A stretch of DNA of 64,000 bases. It comes from a virus. The translations under genes were made by a program, and so were the position numbers. The number at the start of each line of letters is the position of its first letter. The first letter of the stretch is position 1. Below the pieces are notes generated by a model, which saw nothing but the letters and a program-made list of their open reading frames with translations, made no database searches and was not told the origin of the DNA. Below are positions 39,023 to 47,874 of this stretch, one piece after another. The stretch spans positions 62,998 to 126,997 of the IMG/VR virus record IMGVR_UViG_3300037310_000404; one strand, written 5' to 3'.

Positions 39023-39052
39023 AAAATCCATAATTAATTAATTATGGGTTTT
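39023..39052. terminator. Near-perfect 30-bp palindrome, probable terminator
   Basis: aaaatccataattaa/ttaattatgggtttt after ssb. Confidence 0.55.
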
Positions 39053-39054
39053 AT

Positions 39055-39064
39055 TTTTATAAAA
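39055..39064 (+). promoter_or_regulatory. TTTTATAAAA motif (candidate phage promoter)
   Basis: Recurs at 6074, 23137, 35888, 52904, 60957 and 63550, all intergenic. Confidence 0.5.
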
Positions 39065-39076
39065 ACTTATTAGAAT

Positions 39077-39619
39077 ATGAACTATAGACATCTAATAGCA
39101 TATCTGGGTCAAAACAGGAAAATACAGGATTCTGATCTTGTAAACATTACAGGATTTGAAAACTATACTCCATATGTTTTAAAAAGCCTAAAAGCAATGT
39201 TTGATAACGGTCTGATAAAGAGTTATCCAAGACTGGTTAACAACGGATACACAACTGTATCCATAGACTGGAGAACAGATCATCCATCTAAAGATAATCC
39301 AATTTCAAAAGCTGGTGGCGGAGAAAGACACCGAGACAATGGTCTTCCGGCTACAGAATATCCAGATGCGTCATATGTTGGATATGCCATAAATGGTAAA
39401 TATCATAGAGTTGACGGTCCGGCACGAGCATGGGACACTCCAATCAAAATGGCTATATGGTCTAGAGCAGATAGGCCAGGAATACCAGAAGCAAAACAGA
39501 GTACTTATAAATTTTATCTGGGCGGCATGAACGCGACTAAGGAAGAGTTTGAAAAATTTATACGAGAAAACTATCCGGAAGCTGGCGACAAGATTTTCAT
39601 CGAGGACTATGTTTCATGA
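39077..39619 (+). CDS. NY.HLIAYLGQ-family protein with HRxDGPA repeats
   Basis: Shared N-terminus; HRDNGLPA and YHRVDGPA. Confidence 0.7.
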   Translation: MNYRHLIAYLGQNRKIQDSDLVNITGFENYTPYVLKSLKAMFDNGLIKSYPRLVNNGYTTVSIDWRTDHPSKDNPISKAGGGERHRDNGLPATEYPDASYVGYAINGKYHRVDGPARAWDTPIKMAIWSRADRPGIPEAKQSTYKFYLGGMNATKEEFEKFIRENYPEAGDKIFIEDYVS

Positions 39620-40236
39620 ATTATGGGCATCTTATAGCATATATAGGGCAAAAGAAATCAAGAGAAATGGATGCCTCTAGATATTTTACAAAGTTTGGAA
39701 AATTCAACGATGTTATCAAGGATGTTGGTGGCGGCTATTTATTTAAAAAAGTAAGAACTTTGCCGAACAGAACAGGCTACAGGGATGCGGGCTCTGTTTC
39801 GGAACTTAGCACAGCCGGTGATTGTTTGTTTATTTGCGATAGTATTGATAAAAAATGCGTTATTATAAGTCAAAATGACTATCCGAAATTGTCTCAGGCA
39901 ACAATGGTAAAGTATGCCGAGTTATTTAAGAAAGTAGAAGATTTTAATACAACAAACCAGTCCAACGAGACGGTCTTCAATAATAACAGAGCCATGGGTA
40001 GAAATTTGTTTTTGTACGATGATCCAACCGGGCTAGTGTCAGTTGGCCGAGTTAAGACAGTTGATCAATCAGCTTATACATTAACAGTTGAATCTGGGGC
40101 AAAAATCGGCCCAATTTATAGATTGCCACAATATGCCAATACGCTATATGTGGACGGCGAAACAAACGCCATATTGATATCTACTTCTAAGATAGGTTCA
40201 CAATTGACAGCGCTATCTGAGTTTTTATTATACTAG
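39616..40236 (+). CDS. NY.HLIAYLGQ-family protein
   Basis: MNYGHLIAYIGQKK. Confidence 0.7.
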   Translation: MNYGHLIAYIGQKKSREMDASRYFTKFGKFNDVIKDVGGGYLFKKVRTLPNRTGYRDAGSVSELSTAGDCLFICDSIDKKCVIISQNDYPKLSQATMVKYAELFKKVEDFNTTNQSNETVFNNNRAMGRNLFLYDDPTGLVSVGRVKTVDQSAYTLTVESGAKIGPIYRLPQYANTLYVDGETNAILISTSKIGSQLTALSEFLLY

Positions 40237-40245
40237 GAGGGAAAT

Positions 40246-40536
40246 ATGGCTTATGTAGGCAATTGCGGGCGTCATGGACAGTATTTAAACCAATGTGACG
40301 GGTGTATAGAGGAAAGGCCATTATATGCCCTTGTGGAGCGAATTAAGGGTGGCGTGGAGCCAGATTTGGCACTCCAGCAGATATTGGATGAAAAGCTTGA
40401 AAAAGAACAAAAGGCAGAACAGGAAAGAGTCAGAAAAGAGCTAGATAAGCAATTTAAGTCTCTGGCCAGATCAAGGGCAATTTCTGAGTTTTTATCAACA
40501 AGACCAGATCTGGCAGACGATGGTGTTGTTTATTGA
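40246..40536 (+). CDS. Hypothetical protein
   Basis: SD AGGAGG; C..H....C..C N-terminus. Confidence 0.7.
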   Translation: MAYVGNCGRHGQYLNQCDGCIEERPLYALVERIKGGVEPDLALQQILDEKLEKEQKAEQERVRKELDKQFKSLARSRAISEFLSTRPDLADDGVVY

Positions 40537-40542
40537 GGCTAG

Positions 40543-40570
40543 TTGAAAACGGCAAAAAGTTTGGTATAAT
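40543..40570 (+). promoter_or_regulatory. sigma70-type promoter for the NAD operon
   Basis: TTGAAA-16-TATAAT with TG extension. Confidence 0.6.
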
Positions 40571-40647
40571 ATATTTAACAACAGACAGCTTAATCCAGAA
40601 CCTCACAAAATCGACCTATATACAGGCGATAGAAAAAGGAGACGGTC

Positions 40648-41583
40648 ATGGAACAGAACAAACCTACCGATTGTGGAGTTATTGTAGGACGATTTCAGGT
40701 CCCATATCTTCACGAGGGCCACAAAGAATTAATTGACGCAATTTTGGCCCGACACAAGAAAGTCGCTATCTTTCTTGGTATCACCCCAACAAAAAATACA
40801 ACTCGCAACCCGCTTGATTTCGCGACCCGGAAAGCCATGATCCAAAGTGCTTATCCGGGCGTTATTATTTTGCCCATTAATGATGTGGGCAACGATAGGG
40901 CATGGTCTGAAATATTAGATCATAAGATACGGGAAGTATTTCACACCGAAACCGTTACGCTTTATGGTTCAAGAGATGGATTCATTCCTGCATATGTCGG
41001 AAAGTTTCCAAAAGCAGAACTGCAGGAGACGAAGAAAATATCAGGGTCGGAGATAAGGTCGTGGATCAAGGACGATGTCAGAAATTCAGAAGACTTTAGA
41101 AGGGGTGTCATCTATGCATCGTTTAACAAATACCCAATAACTTATACAACTGTCGATGCAGCAATTATGGATGATCACGGGAACGTCTTATTGGCAAGAA
41201 AAAAACATGATGAAGCCGGTAAGTATCGTTTTATCGGTGGATTCGTAAACAAAAACCAGGATGATTCCCTGGAAGAAGCAGTGAAAAGGGAGGTGATGGA
41301 AGAAACCAATAGTCTCGCAGTTTCTGAACCTGTTTACATCGGTAGCGCAAAAATAGACGACTGGCGTTACAAAAACGAGGAAGATGGAATTATGACAACC
41401 TTCTTCGCGATGCAGTACATGTTCGGAAGACCAGAGGCATCTGATGATATTGACGAAGTGAAATGGTTCAATATCGAAAAGTTGGTCGAAACTGAAGGCT
41501 ATCAGCTAGTTAAAGAGCACAGAGTTCTACTAAATCTACTCAAAGCGCATCTAGAAAAAAGAGCGCAGAAAAAGGGAGAGTAA
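40648..41583 (+). CDS. nadM: Bifunctional NMN adenylyltransferase/Nudix hydrolase
   Basis: GRFQVPYLHEGH, RNPL, SGSEIR; Nudix GGFV...AVKREVMEET. Confidence 0.92.
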   Translation: MEQNKPTDCGVIVGRFQVPYLHEGHKELIDAILARHKKVAIFLGITPTKNTTRNPLDFATRKAMIQSAYPGVIILPINDVGNDRAWSEILDHKIREVFHTETVTLYGSRDGFIPAYVGKFPKAELQETKKISGSEIRSWIKDDVRNSEDFRRGVIYASFNKYPITYTTVDAAIMDDHGNVLLARKKHDEAGKYRFIGGFVNKNQDDSLEEAVKREVMEETNSLAVSEPVYIGSAKIDDWRYKNEEDGIMTTFFAMQYMFGRPEASDDIDEVKWFNIEKLVETEGYQLVKEHRVLLNLLKAHLEKRAQKKGE

Positions 41584-41586
41584 GCC

Positions 41587-42978
41587 ATGAGAAAGAATAT
41601 AATTTTAATGACAGACAGCTACAAGCTGTCGCACCATAAGCAGTATCCAGAAAATACCACTAACATCTACAGTTATTTCGAAAGCAGGATCGGTGCAAAA
41701 TACAACGAGACCGTTTTTTTTGGTCTTCAATATTTCCTCAAAGAATACTTTGATGGAGTCGTTGTAACGAAAGAAAAGCTTGAACAAGCCAAGAAGCTTG
41801 CCGATACACACGTTGGCCCCGGCATCTTCAACTATGATGGATGGAAATATATCACAGAAAAACATAATGGCAAATTACCGCTCAGGATCAAGGCTGTCCC
41901 AGAAGGAACACCGGTAACAGTAAGCAACGTGCTTATGACTGTCGAAGTTACTGATCCCAAGTGTTATTGGCTCACAAACTACGTAGAAACTTTATTAGTT
42001 CAAGTATGGTATCCAAGCGTGGTAGCGAGCTTGTCCAGACACAACAAGAAAACAATTTTGAAATACCTTGAAGAAACTGGGGACCCAAACGGTATCATGT
42101 TCAAGCTACATGATTTTGGGTATCGTGGTGTTTCCAGCAATGAAAGCGCTAGCCTGGGCGGAGCGGCTCATTTGGTTAACTTCATGGGCACCGATACTAT
42201 AGCTGGTATTACGATGCTCGAAGACTATTATGCCGCAGACCAAATGCCTGGATTCAGCATACCCGCATCTGAGCATAGCACCATCACTAGCTGGACACGG
42301 GCTGGCGAGGTTGACGCCATGAGAAACATGTTGACTCAATACCCAAAAGGCCTAGTCGCTTGCGTTTCTGATAGCTGGGACATCATTAATGCTTGCCGCA
42401 ATCTCTGGGGCGGGGATCTCAGGGATCTTGTTCTTGCAAGAGACGGTGTTTTGGTTGTCCGCCCAGATTCTGGAGATCCGGTAAAGTTGCTACCGGAGGT
42501 TCTGTCGACTCTTGGCGATAGATTTGGAACTTATGTCAACAGTAAGGGGTTTAGAGTTCTTAACGATAAGGTCCGGGTTATCCAGGGAGACGGAATCACG
42601 CCAGAGAGCATCCCGGTCATTCTGGAAGAGCTAAAGAGATGCGGTTGGTCTGCTGACAATCTAGCATTCGGCTCTGGCGGCGGGTTACTCCAAAAGGTCG
42701 ATCGAGATACTAATAGATTTGCATTCAAATGTTCAGAGGCAATTGTGGGCGGCATACCCCGAGAGGTATTTAAACAACCAATCACAGACGGAACAAAGAA
42801 TTCGAAAAAAGGAAGGCTGAAACTGATACGCGTCGATGGCAAGTTCGTAACCGTTAACGAGAATGAGCCCGGGGATGATATCCTTGAGACTGTTTTTGAA
42901 AATGGCGAAATTGTCAAGACGTATACTTTGTCAGAAGTCAGAGACAATGCAGCCATAAAAGAGAGCGTATTAGCCTAG
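41587..42978 (+). CDS. nadV: Nicotinamide phosphoribosyltransferase
   Basis: TDSYKLSH, LHDFGYRG, PASEHS, VSDSWD, VVRPDSGDP, QGDG, FGSGG. Confidence 0.95.
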   Translation: MRKNIILMTDSYKLSHHKQYPENTTNIYSYFESRIGAKYNETVFFGLQYFLKEYFDGVVVTKEKLEQAKKLADTHVGPGIFNYDGWKYITEKHNGKLPLRIKAVPEGTPVTVSNVLMTVEVTDPKCYWLTNYVETLLVQVWYPSVVASLSRHNKKTILKYLEETGDPNGIMFKLHDFGYRGVSSNESASLGGAAHLVNFMGTDTIAGITMLEDYYAADQMPGFSIPASEHSTITSWTRAGEVDAMRNMLTQYPKGLVACVSDSWDIINACRNLWGGDLRDLVLARDGVLVVRPDSGDPVKLLPEVLSTLGDRFGTYVNSKGFRVLNDKVRVIQGDGITPESIPVILEELKRCGWSADNLAFGSGGGLLQKVDRDTNRFAFKCSEAIVGGIPREVFKQPITDGTKNSKKGRLKLIRVDGKFVTVNENEPGDDILETVFENGEIVKTYTLSEVRDNAAIKESVLA

Positions 42979-42994
42979 CACCAAGAGGGCGGAT

Positions 42995-43435
42995 GTGATT
43001 ATAGGATTTACCGGAACGCAGCGAGGCATGACCGACCAGCAAAAACACTGGGTCGCCATTTATCTTGAGAATTTTAAATGCTCAAGATTTCATCATGGCG
43101 ATTGTGTTGGGGCAGACTCGGAAGCACATGACATAGCTGCCAAGTCAGGATACCCTATTGTGATCCATCCGCCCTCATATAATTCAAAGAGAGCCTTTTG
43201 CGAAAAAATATCGACAGCCCAGGTGCTTTCCCCTAAATGGTATATCGACAGGAATCATGATATTGTAGATTCATCAGAGATTGTCTTGGCAGCGCCCGGG
43301 GAATCAACTGAACAACTGAGATCTGGAACCTGGGCAACGATACGCTATGCAAAAAAGAAGGGAAAACCATTGATCATAGTTTTCCCGGATGGCTCGTCAA
43401 AAACCCTTAATATGAAGATAGTTAACGCTTCATAA
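42995..43435 (+). CDS. SLOG-superfamily protein
   Basis: IGFTGTQRG, HHGDCVGAD, RNHDIVD, SGTWATIRYA. Confidence 0.75.
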   Translation: MIIGFTGTQRGMTDQQKHWVAIYLENFKCSRFHHGDCVGADSEAHDIAAKSGYPIVIHPPSYNSKRAFCEKISTAQVLSPKWYIDRNHDIVDSSEIVLAAPGESTEQLRSGTWATIRYAKKKGKPLIIVFPDGSSKTLNMKIVNAS

Positions 43436-43814
43436 CGCTCTTAAGATACGCCATTATCTTCTTGCCGCGAATTTTTCTTCCATCAATTTGTATAAGTTTT
43501 ATGCCCTTCTCACTACAATAATCACGAACCCATTGGTCCCTAATCCTTTGCTTACGAAGCCTCTCCTTGCCACCCCATTTTTTTACGCTACGATGATGTT
43601 GGGAGCCATCAAACTCAATCCAGTGCTCGATACCGCCTATGATCATTTTAAAATCTATAATAGTATAATTTCGTATTAACTCAGAACCGTCATAGATCTT
43701 CTCGCGAACATAAAACTGTTCGACTATTTCCGAGTCTGGAAACAGCTCTTTTAAGTAGACACCGGTAGCTTTTTCGTTTTTCTTTTTTGGGATTTTAGGT
43801 CTGCGTCTTCGCAT
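43422..43814 (-). CDS. DUF559/Vsr-like PD-(D/E)XK endonuclease
   Basis: IDF...IEFDGSQHH...RDQWVRDYC..KGIKLIQI. Confidence 0.7.
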   Translation of the reverse strand: MRRRRPKIPKKKNEKATGVYLKELFPDSEIVEQFYVREKIYDGSELIRNYTIIDFKMIIGGIEHWIEFDGSQHHRSVKKWGGKERLRKQRIRDQWVRDYCSEKGIKLIQIDGRKIRGKKIMAYLKSVMKR

Positions 43815-43835
43815 ACCTAAATGAAATTTTATAAA

Positions 43836-44777
43836 CTACTTAAGCTTTTTAAGCACCTTGTCCCTGTGTTTCATAATTACTTCATAAGCATAACTTTTTT
43901 CTGGAGGGTTTTCAAATACCTTGGAAACAGCCTCTCTTCTTAGCCGACTCTTGTCAAAAACATCGTAAACGAATGTTCTGATGGTAAATAGAAATGCGTT
44001 AGTAGCGCCAGAAAAACCGGTGACCGTTTGTCTCTCTAATCGAATATGCATCTTTGATCTGAAAGGTTTGTCATATATATGTTCGAAATCAGGATGTCTG
44101 TTTAGATAAGAGGTGGTCTTAAAGCTTATCGCCGCAAGTCTCTCAAAAGATATCAGCTTTGTGGCTATAAATACCATCATCTTTAGAGTATTTGGAATAA
44201 TTCTCTTTATTCCTTTGACACCTTTGTGTATATGGTCGAAACCCCTTCCAATGGCTTCTTCAGCAGACCATCCATTACACGCACATAGATGTATCGATGA
44301 GGCGAAATCTCTGCCATTCTTTCCAAAATCATGAACAACAAGATCCTCCGGAACCTGCATGGCAAGAGCATCCATCGCGTCTACAAATTTTAACTTAGAT
44401 TTGTAATCAACTAAATTTCCTTCTAGGTCAAACTTTAGCTCTTCTTCGGTTAGTTTACATTGGAGAGTAAGAACATTATTAGCGAACTTTGATTGAAAAT
44501 ACTCAGGATACTCTTTTAGCAGGGTTTGTATGATGAATTTAACTATCTCCGGGTATTTCTTTGACGTATGGCGATAGTATTTTGATAATCTCTCTTTTCT
44601 ACATAGTTCTTTATTTTTTCTGAACATCTTGAACGATTTCTCGTTGATCAGAAATCTTTTTTTGTGTTTGGAAAATGGCAACAGCCCCATTGATGATGGT
44701 TTTAATCCATCATAAAGAGGAAAGAAGTCCTCTTCATAAGAGAATATTTTGGGGTCTACTTTAATTAGATTTTTCAT
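43836..44777 (-). CDS. Heme-dependent oxidative N-demethylase alpha-subunit-like protein (DUF3445)
   Basis: QVPEDLVV, HLCACNGWS...IGRGF..IH..V, RLERQT, LFTIRT. Confidence 0.75.
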   Translation of the reverse strand: MKNLIKVDPKIFSYEEDFFPLYDGLKPSSMGLLPFSKHKKRFLINEKSFKMFRKNKELCRKERLSKYYRHTSKKYPEIVKFIIQTLLKEYPEYFQSKFANNVLTLQCKLTEEELKFDLEGNLVDYKSKLKFVDAMDALAMQVPEDLVVHDFGKNGRDFASSIHLCACNGWSAEEAIGRGFDHIHKGVKGIKRIIPNTLKMMVFIATKLISFERLAAISFKTTSYLNRHPDFEHIYDKPFRSKMHIRLERQTVTGFSGATNAFLFTIRTFVYDVFDKSRLRREAVSKVFENPPEKSYAYEVIMKHRDKVLKKLK

Positions 44778-45195
44778 CCCACTTCTCGTATACGTTTTCG
44801 ATCCATTTTCCTTGGTTTTCAAAGTTTGGATTATTTTTGAAATATTGGTATGCGGATTCGATCTGTTCTATAGTCAAGTTTTTGACTTCATGATAGTCGT
44901 CGTAATTCATCATGAAGTTTATTGGGATATCATCTCTAAATGCGTATATCATAATCCATTCGGCATCTAGTAATTCTGTTATCATCTGCCCCTGGGACTC
45001 ATTTAGATTTAGTGACTTAAGCCATCCTTGTATCTTGATCCTCTTTTCTCCCATTTGTATAATTGCATCATTCCACCCGTCTCCACGAGTATCTCTTGGC
45101 TTCGTGGTTCCGTCGGCTTGTCCCCATGAAGCCGGATAGATACCCATATTTTGAAAAGCAGCTTCGAGGGCATAGTGTCTCAGGGCTCCGTTCAT
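44761..45195 (-). CDS. Hypothetical protein
   Basis: ATG 45195 with SD AGGAGAGG. Confidence 0.6.
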   Translation of the reverse strand: MNGALRHYALEAAFQNMGIYPASWGQADGTTKPRDTRGDGWNDAIIQMGEKRIKIQGWLKSLNLNESQGQMITELLDAEWIMIYAFRDDIPINFMMNYDDYHEVKNLTIEQIESAYQYFKNNPNFENQGKWIENVYEKWDEKSN

Positions 45196-45482
45196 TTTGC
45201 CTCTCCTTTTTTCAAATGCAAAACATCTGGCCGATCTCCGATTATTCTTTTCCAAACTGCCTCAATGTCGGTATCATCTTTAACTTTTAGACCATAGATT
45301 TCCTCTATAGTAAACCAAAGAACATTGGCATGGATATGTATAATAACCATTTTTAGATCTTTGTCATAGTGAACATTGTCAACCCTGGTCTCGTTCGGAT
45401 CAGGGGTATATTTGCCAGCAACGACGGATGACGCGTATGCCACTCCGGCACACAAGAGTAATGCTATCGATATTTTAAGCAT
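45192..45482 (-). CDS. Small secreted hypothetical protein
   Basis: Signal-peptide-like ISIALLLCAGVAYA. Confidence 0.6.
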   Translation of the reverse strand: MLKISIALLLCAGVAYASSVVAGKYTPDPNETRVDNVHYDKDLKMVIIHIHANVLWFTIEEIYGLKVKDDTDIEAVWKRIIGDRPDVLHLKKGEAK

Positions 45483-46014
45483 TTATGATTCTTTCTATTT
45501 CTATTTCTGGCACCGGGGAGAAGCCCCAATGTTCAACCCCTAGATTAATCATTCTTTTTTCTAGATTTATTTTTGGACCATGGTTATGTTGGTGTCCGTG
45601 AAGTAGCCACTGCCTATCTTTTACAGCTGGAACTAACATTCTATCTCTGAACTTATGATCATACTGTAAATCATATGCATCAACATATGGATAATGACTA
45701 AGCAATACGTTTTTACCGCCTATGCTTAATTCAAGGCTCGTGTGTATTTCTTTAAAGTGACCAGCGCACTGAGATTCTCTATCATGGTTGCCAAGTATTA
45801 ATATTTTATTTCCATTTAACCTGTCGGCGTAAAACTTAACCCTTGATTTCAGCGCGAAGTCCCCAAGGCAATATATGGTGTCATCATTGGAAACTTTGGC
45901 ATTCCAATTATTTATTATTGCCAAATCCATTTCAACTAAGTGTCGAAACGGTCTTTGACAATATTTTATTATATTCGCATGGCCAAAGTGCGGATCGCTA
46001 ATAAAAAAATTCAC
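45475..46014 (-). CDS. Calcineurin-like metallophosphoesterase
   Basis: SDPHFGH, LGDF, GNHD, LSHYP, LHGHQH. Confidence 0.9.
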   Translation of the reverse strand: MNFFISDPHFGHANIIKYCQRPFRHLVEMDLAIINNWNAKVSNDDTIYCLGDFALKSRVKFYADRLNGNKILILGNHDRESQCAGHFKEIHTSLELSIGGKNVLLSHYPYVDAYDLQYDHKFRDRMLVPAVKDRQWLLHGHQHNHGPKINLEKRMINLGVEHWGFSPVPEIEIERIINA

Positions 46015-46023
46015 AGCATGGCC

Positions 46024-46752
46024 TTATAGGAGATCTTTAAATTTGCCAACATTTTCATCTTTGTCGCCATCCTCCTTTTCGTCGATAATTTTACGCATCT
46101 CCCTAAAAACTTCTTCTGCCGGTATTAGTTTTTCTGTTCCATTATCTATTTCTTCTACGCGCCTTTTTAGCTCTTTAGCCTGCTCATCTCTATTTTCCGG
46201 GGTTCCGTGAAAGCTTATTTCCCACAACAGAGCCCAAATGACATCCATCAAACACAAACTTTTCTTTCCTTTAAATAAAGGTGGCTCTTGAGGATTTTGA
46301 TACAGCTTTCTTATTTCGAATTCATCGCTCACAACTATCGGCAAATGCTTCAACGAATTGATTGGAGAAAAATCAAGAGCATATCTTTCTCCATCAATAC
46401 CAATTCCTGTGGCGTCGAAAGATTCAACAACCTCCCCATCTTCGTACTGTTCTATAATGCGGCCAATTCTGATGTGTTTTATTTTTTGTATGTGTTCTAT
46501 TGAATCTTTATCTAGATCTCCTATTGGTTTTTTCATTTCCTCATAAAAAACTTCAAAATCACACCATGCCAATTCTCCCCATACACCACCAAGAGGCTTT
46601 ATGAGCTCTAACATATCCTCAACAGTCCATCCGTCGATTTCGGCTATGCCGTCGACAATCGCAACCTTTAAGATATCGTCATACTCGATTACCTTTTTTG
46701 CACCGTAGTAATCGCTTATGATTGTTTTGTCTTTTTTGAGATATAGACTCAT
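46024..46752 (-). CDS. Hypothetical protein
   Basis: 242-aa ORF. Confidence 0.75.
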   Translation of the reverse strand: MSLYLKKDKTIISDYYGAKKVIEYDDILKVAIVDGIAEIDGWTVEDMLELIKPLGGVWGELAWCDFEVFYEEMKKPIGDLDKDSIEHIQKIKHIRIGRIIEQYEDGEVVESFDATGIGIDGERYALDFSPINSLKHLPIVVSDEFEIRKLYQNPQEPPLFKGKKSLCLMDVIWALLWEISFHGTPENRDEQAKELKRRVEEIDNGTEKLIPAEEVFREMRKIIDEKEDGDKDENVGKFKDLL

Positions 46753-46766
46753 CTTTTTCTCTAATT

Positions 46767-46799
46767 AAAAAGCCAGTAGACTTATAATCTACCGGCTTT
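46767..46799 (-). terminator. Intrinsic terminator
   Basis: GCCGGTAGAT-TATAA-GTCTACTGGC-TTTTT. Confidence 0.85.
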
Positions 46800-46803
46800 G
46801 AAT

Positions 46804-47013
46804 TGGTGGGCGATCGGAGAGGGGAACCTAACAGCTCGTCTTAGGCGAAAGAGTGTTAAGCGTTGCTTTGTGAGGTCTTAGGATTAACTGTTGAAGTAAT
46901 AAAATTTAAGTTTTAAGAACTTTATCTTCATCAGCATATGGATAATGGCTTATCAGGCCAATCCGTTTAACGATCCTATGACTCACTGCTAGGTTCCGCC
47001 CCTCCTCACGCCC
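46804..47013 (-). ncRNA. Unassigned ~210-nt structured RNA ending in ACCA
   Basis: 5'/3' rod GGGCG-TGA-GGAGGGG-C-GGAACCTAGCAG / CTGTTAGGTTCCCCTCTCC-GAT-CGCCC-ACCA plus internal stems; no ORF. Confidence 0.7.
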
Positions 47014-47040
47014 GTGCTCTCGGGTTTCCCCGAGGTACAA

Positions 47041-47523
47041 TCACAGACTGATCTCTGGAACCTCGATCTGTGTCGTGTGATTGAAGGCGGTAAGCTCGTC
47101 GTGCAGCTTTTCGATTTCCTTTTCGATGTCCCTTACCTTGGCATCGATGTCTGTATCCTTTAGATAGACAACCCTCTTAACCGTCTTCACCGTCTCTTCT
47201 TCCCCGGTCTGGCGGTTGTACTTAGTCTCTTCGTGATCTTGCTCGTTGGTGTTGATCTGACGCAACTGAGCAGCCTTAGACTTCAGCTCGGCAATACGGT
47301 AAATCTTGCCATAGACTGGAGCATTAGCAGTCGCGATGGCAGACTTAACCGCCACCAAAGCCTCGACGATCTTCTCATATTTCTCTAACTCGACCTTGGC
47401 CTCGTAATTCACCTTCTGGGTTTCAAGACGCGAGTTGGATGCGGAAACAGTCCTAAAGAGGCGCTCCTTCTCTCCGACTAGGCGGTTCTTAAGATTTAGT
47501 GCCTTCGCGATTGTGACCTTCAT
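47041..47523 (-). CDS. DIP1984/DUF6847-like coiled-coil protein
   Basis: TIAKALNLKNRL...NS...LKSAI..AN...IAELKS...IEKLHDELTAFNHTT.IEV; SD GAGGAG. Confidence 0.6.
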   Translation of the reverse strand: MKVTIAKALNLKNRLVGEKERLFRTVSASNSRLETQKVNYEAKVELEKYEKIVEALVAVKSAIATANAPVYGKIYRIAELKSKAAQLRQINTNEQDHEETKYNRQTGEEETVKTVKRVVYLKDTDIDAKVRDIEKEIEKLHDELTAFNHTTQIEVPEISL

Positions 47524-47562
47524 GATTATCTCCTCTTATTTTGACTTTGTTATTATATTGTT

Positions 47563-47591
47563 ATTATACCAGAATAGCTTTATTTTGTCAA
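47563..47591 (-). promoter_or_regulatory. Consensus sigma70 promoter
   Basis: TTGACA-17-TATAAT with TG extension. Confidence 0.85.
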
Positions 47592-47840
47592 GTGAAGTCC
47601 TGGGTTTAGTTTAAAATCCTTGACAAACTCATCGAATGTTATCATGCTTATCCTATCCTCAATTGGAATATCGTCATTCAATCTTATAAATGTTATAAAT
47701 TGAACACCAGAATGCGGGCTTGTATCAGTATCGATTATCTCTATCTCTTCGCCTGTATCCACGAATCTATTGTCTTTGCCAAGCTCGGACCATAGCTTGG
47801 ATTTCTGAAAACAAATATATTTATAACCTGGCTTTATCAT
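47580..47840 (-). CDS. Hypothetical protein (leaderless)
   Basis: TTGAAA-16-TATAAT with ATG 7 nt downstream. Confidence 0.65.
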   Translation of the reverse strand: MIKPGYKYICFQKSKLWSELGKDNRFVDTGEEIEIIDTDTSPHSGVQFITFIRLNDDIPIEDRISMITFDEFVKDFKLNPGLHLTK

Positions 47841-47874
47841 AATAATATTATACTGTCTTCATTATTTATTTCAA

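Noticed and set aside
40533-40736. 67-aa ORF before nadM and the many antisense ORFs of 60 aa or more in the track (e.g. 50429-50989, 33345-33947)
   Set aside because: They overlap promoters or well-supported genes on the other frame or strand and lack RBS and motifs; shadow ORFs.
46804-47013. Calling the ACCA-tailed RNA a tRNA, intron-containing tRNA or Y RNA
   Set aside because: No D-arm, T-loop or anticodon arm, and no Ro60 gene in the window; left unassigned.
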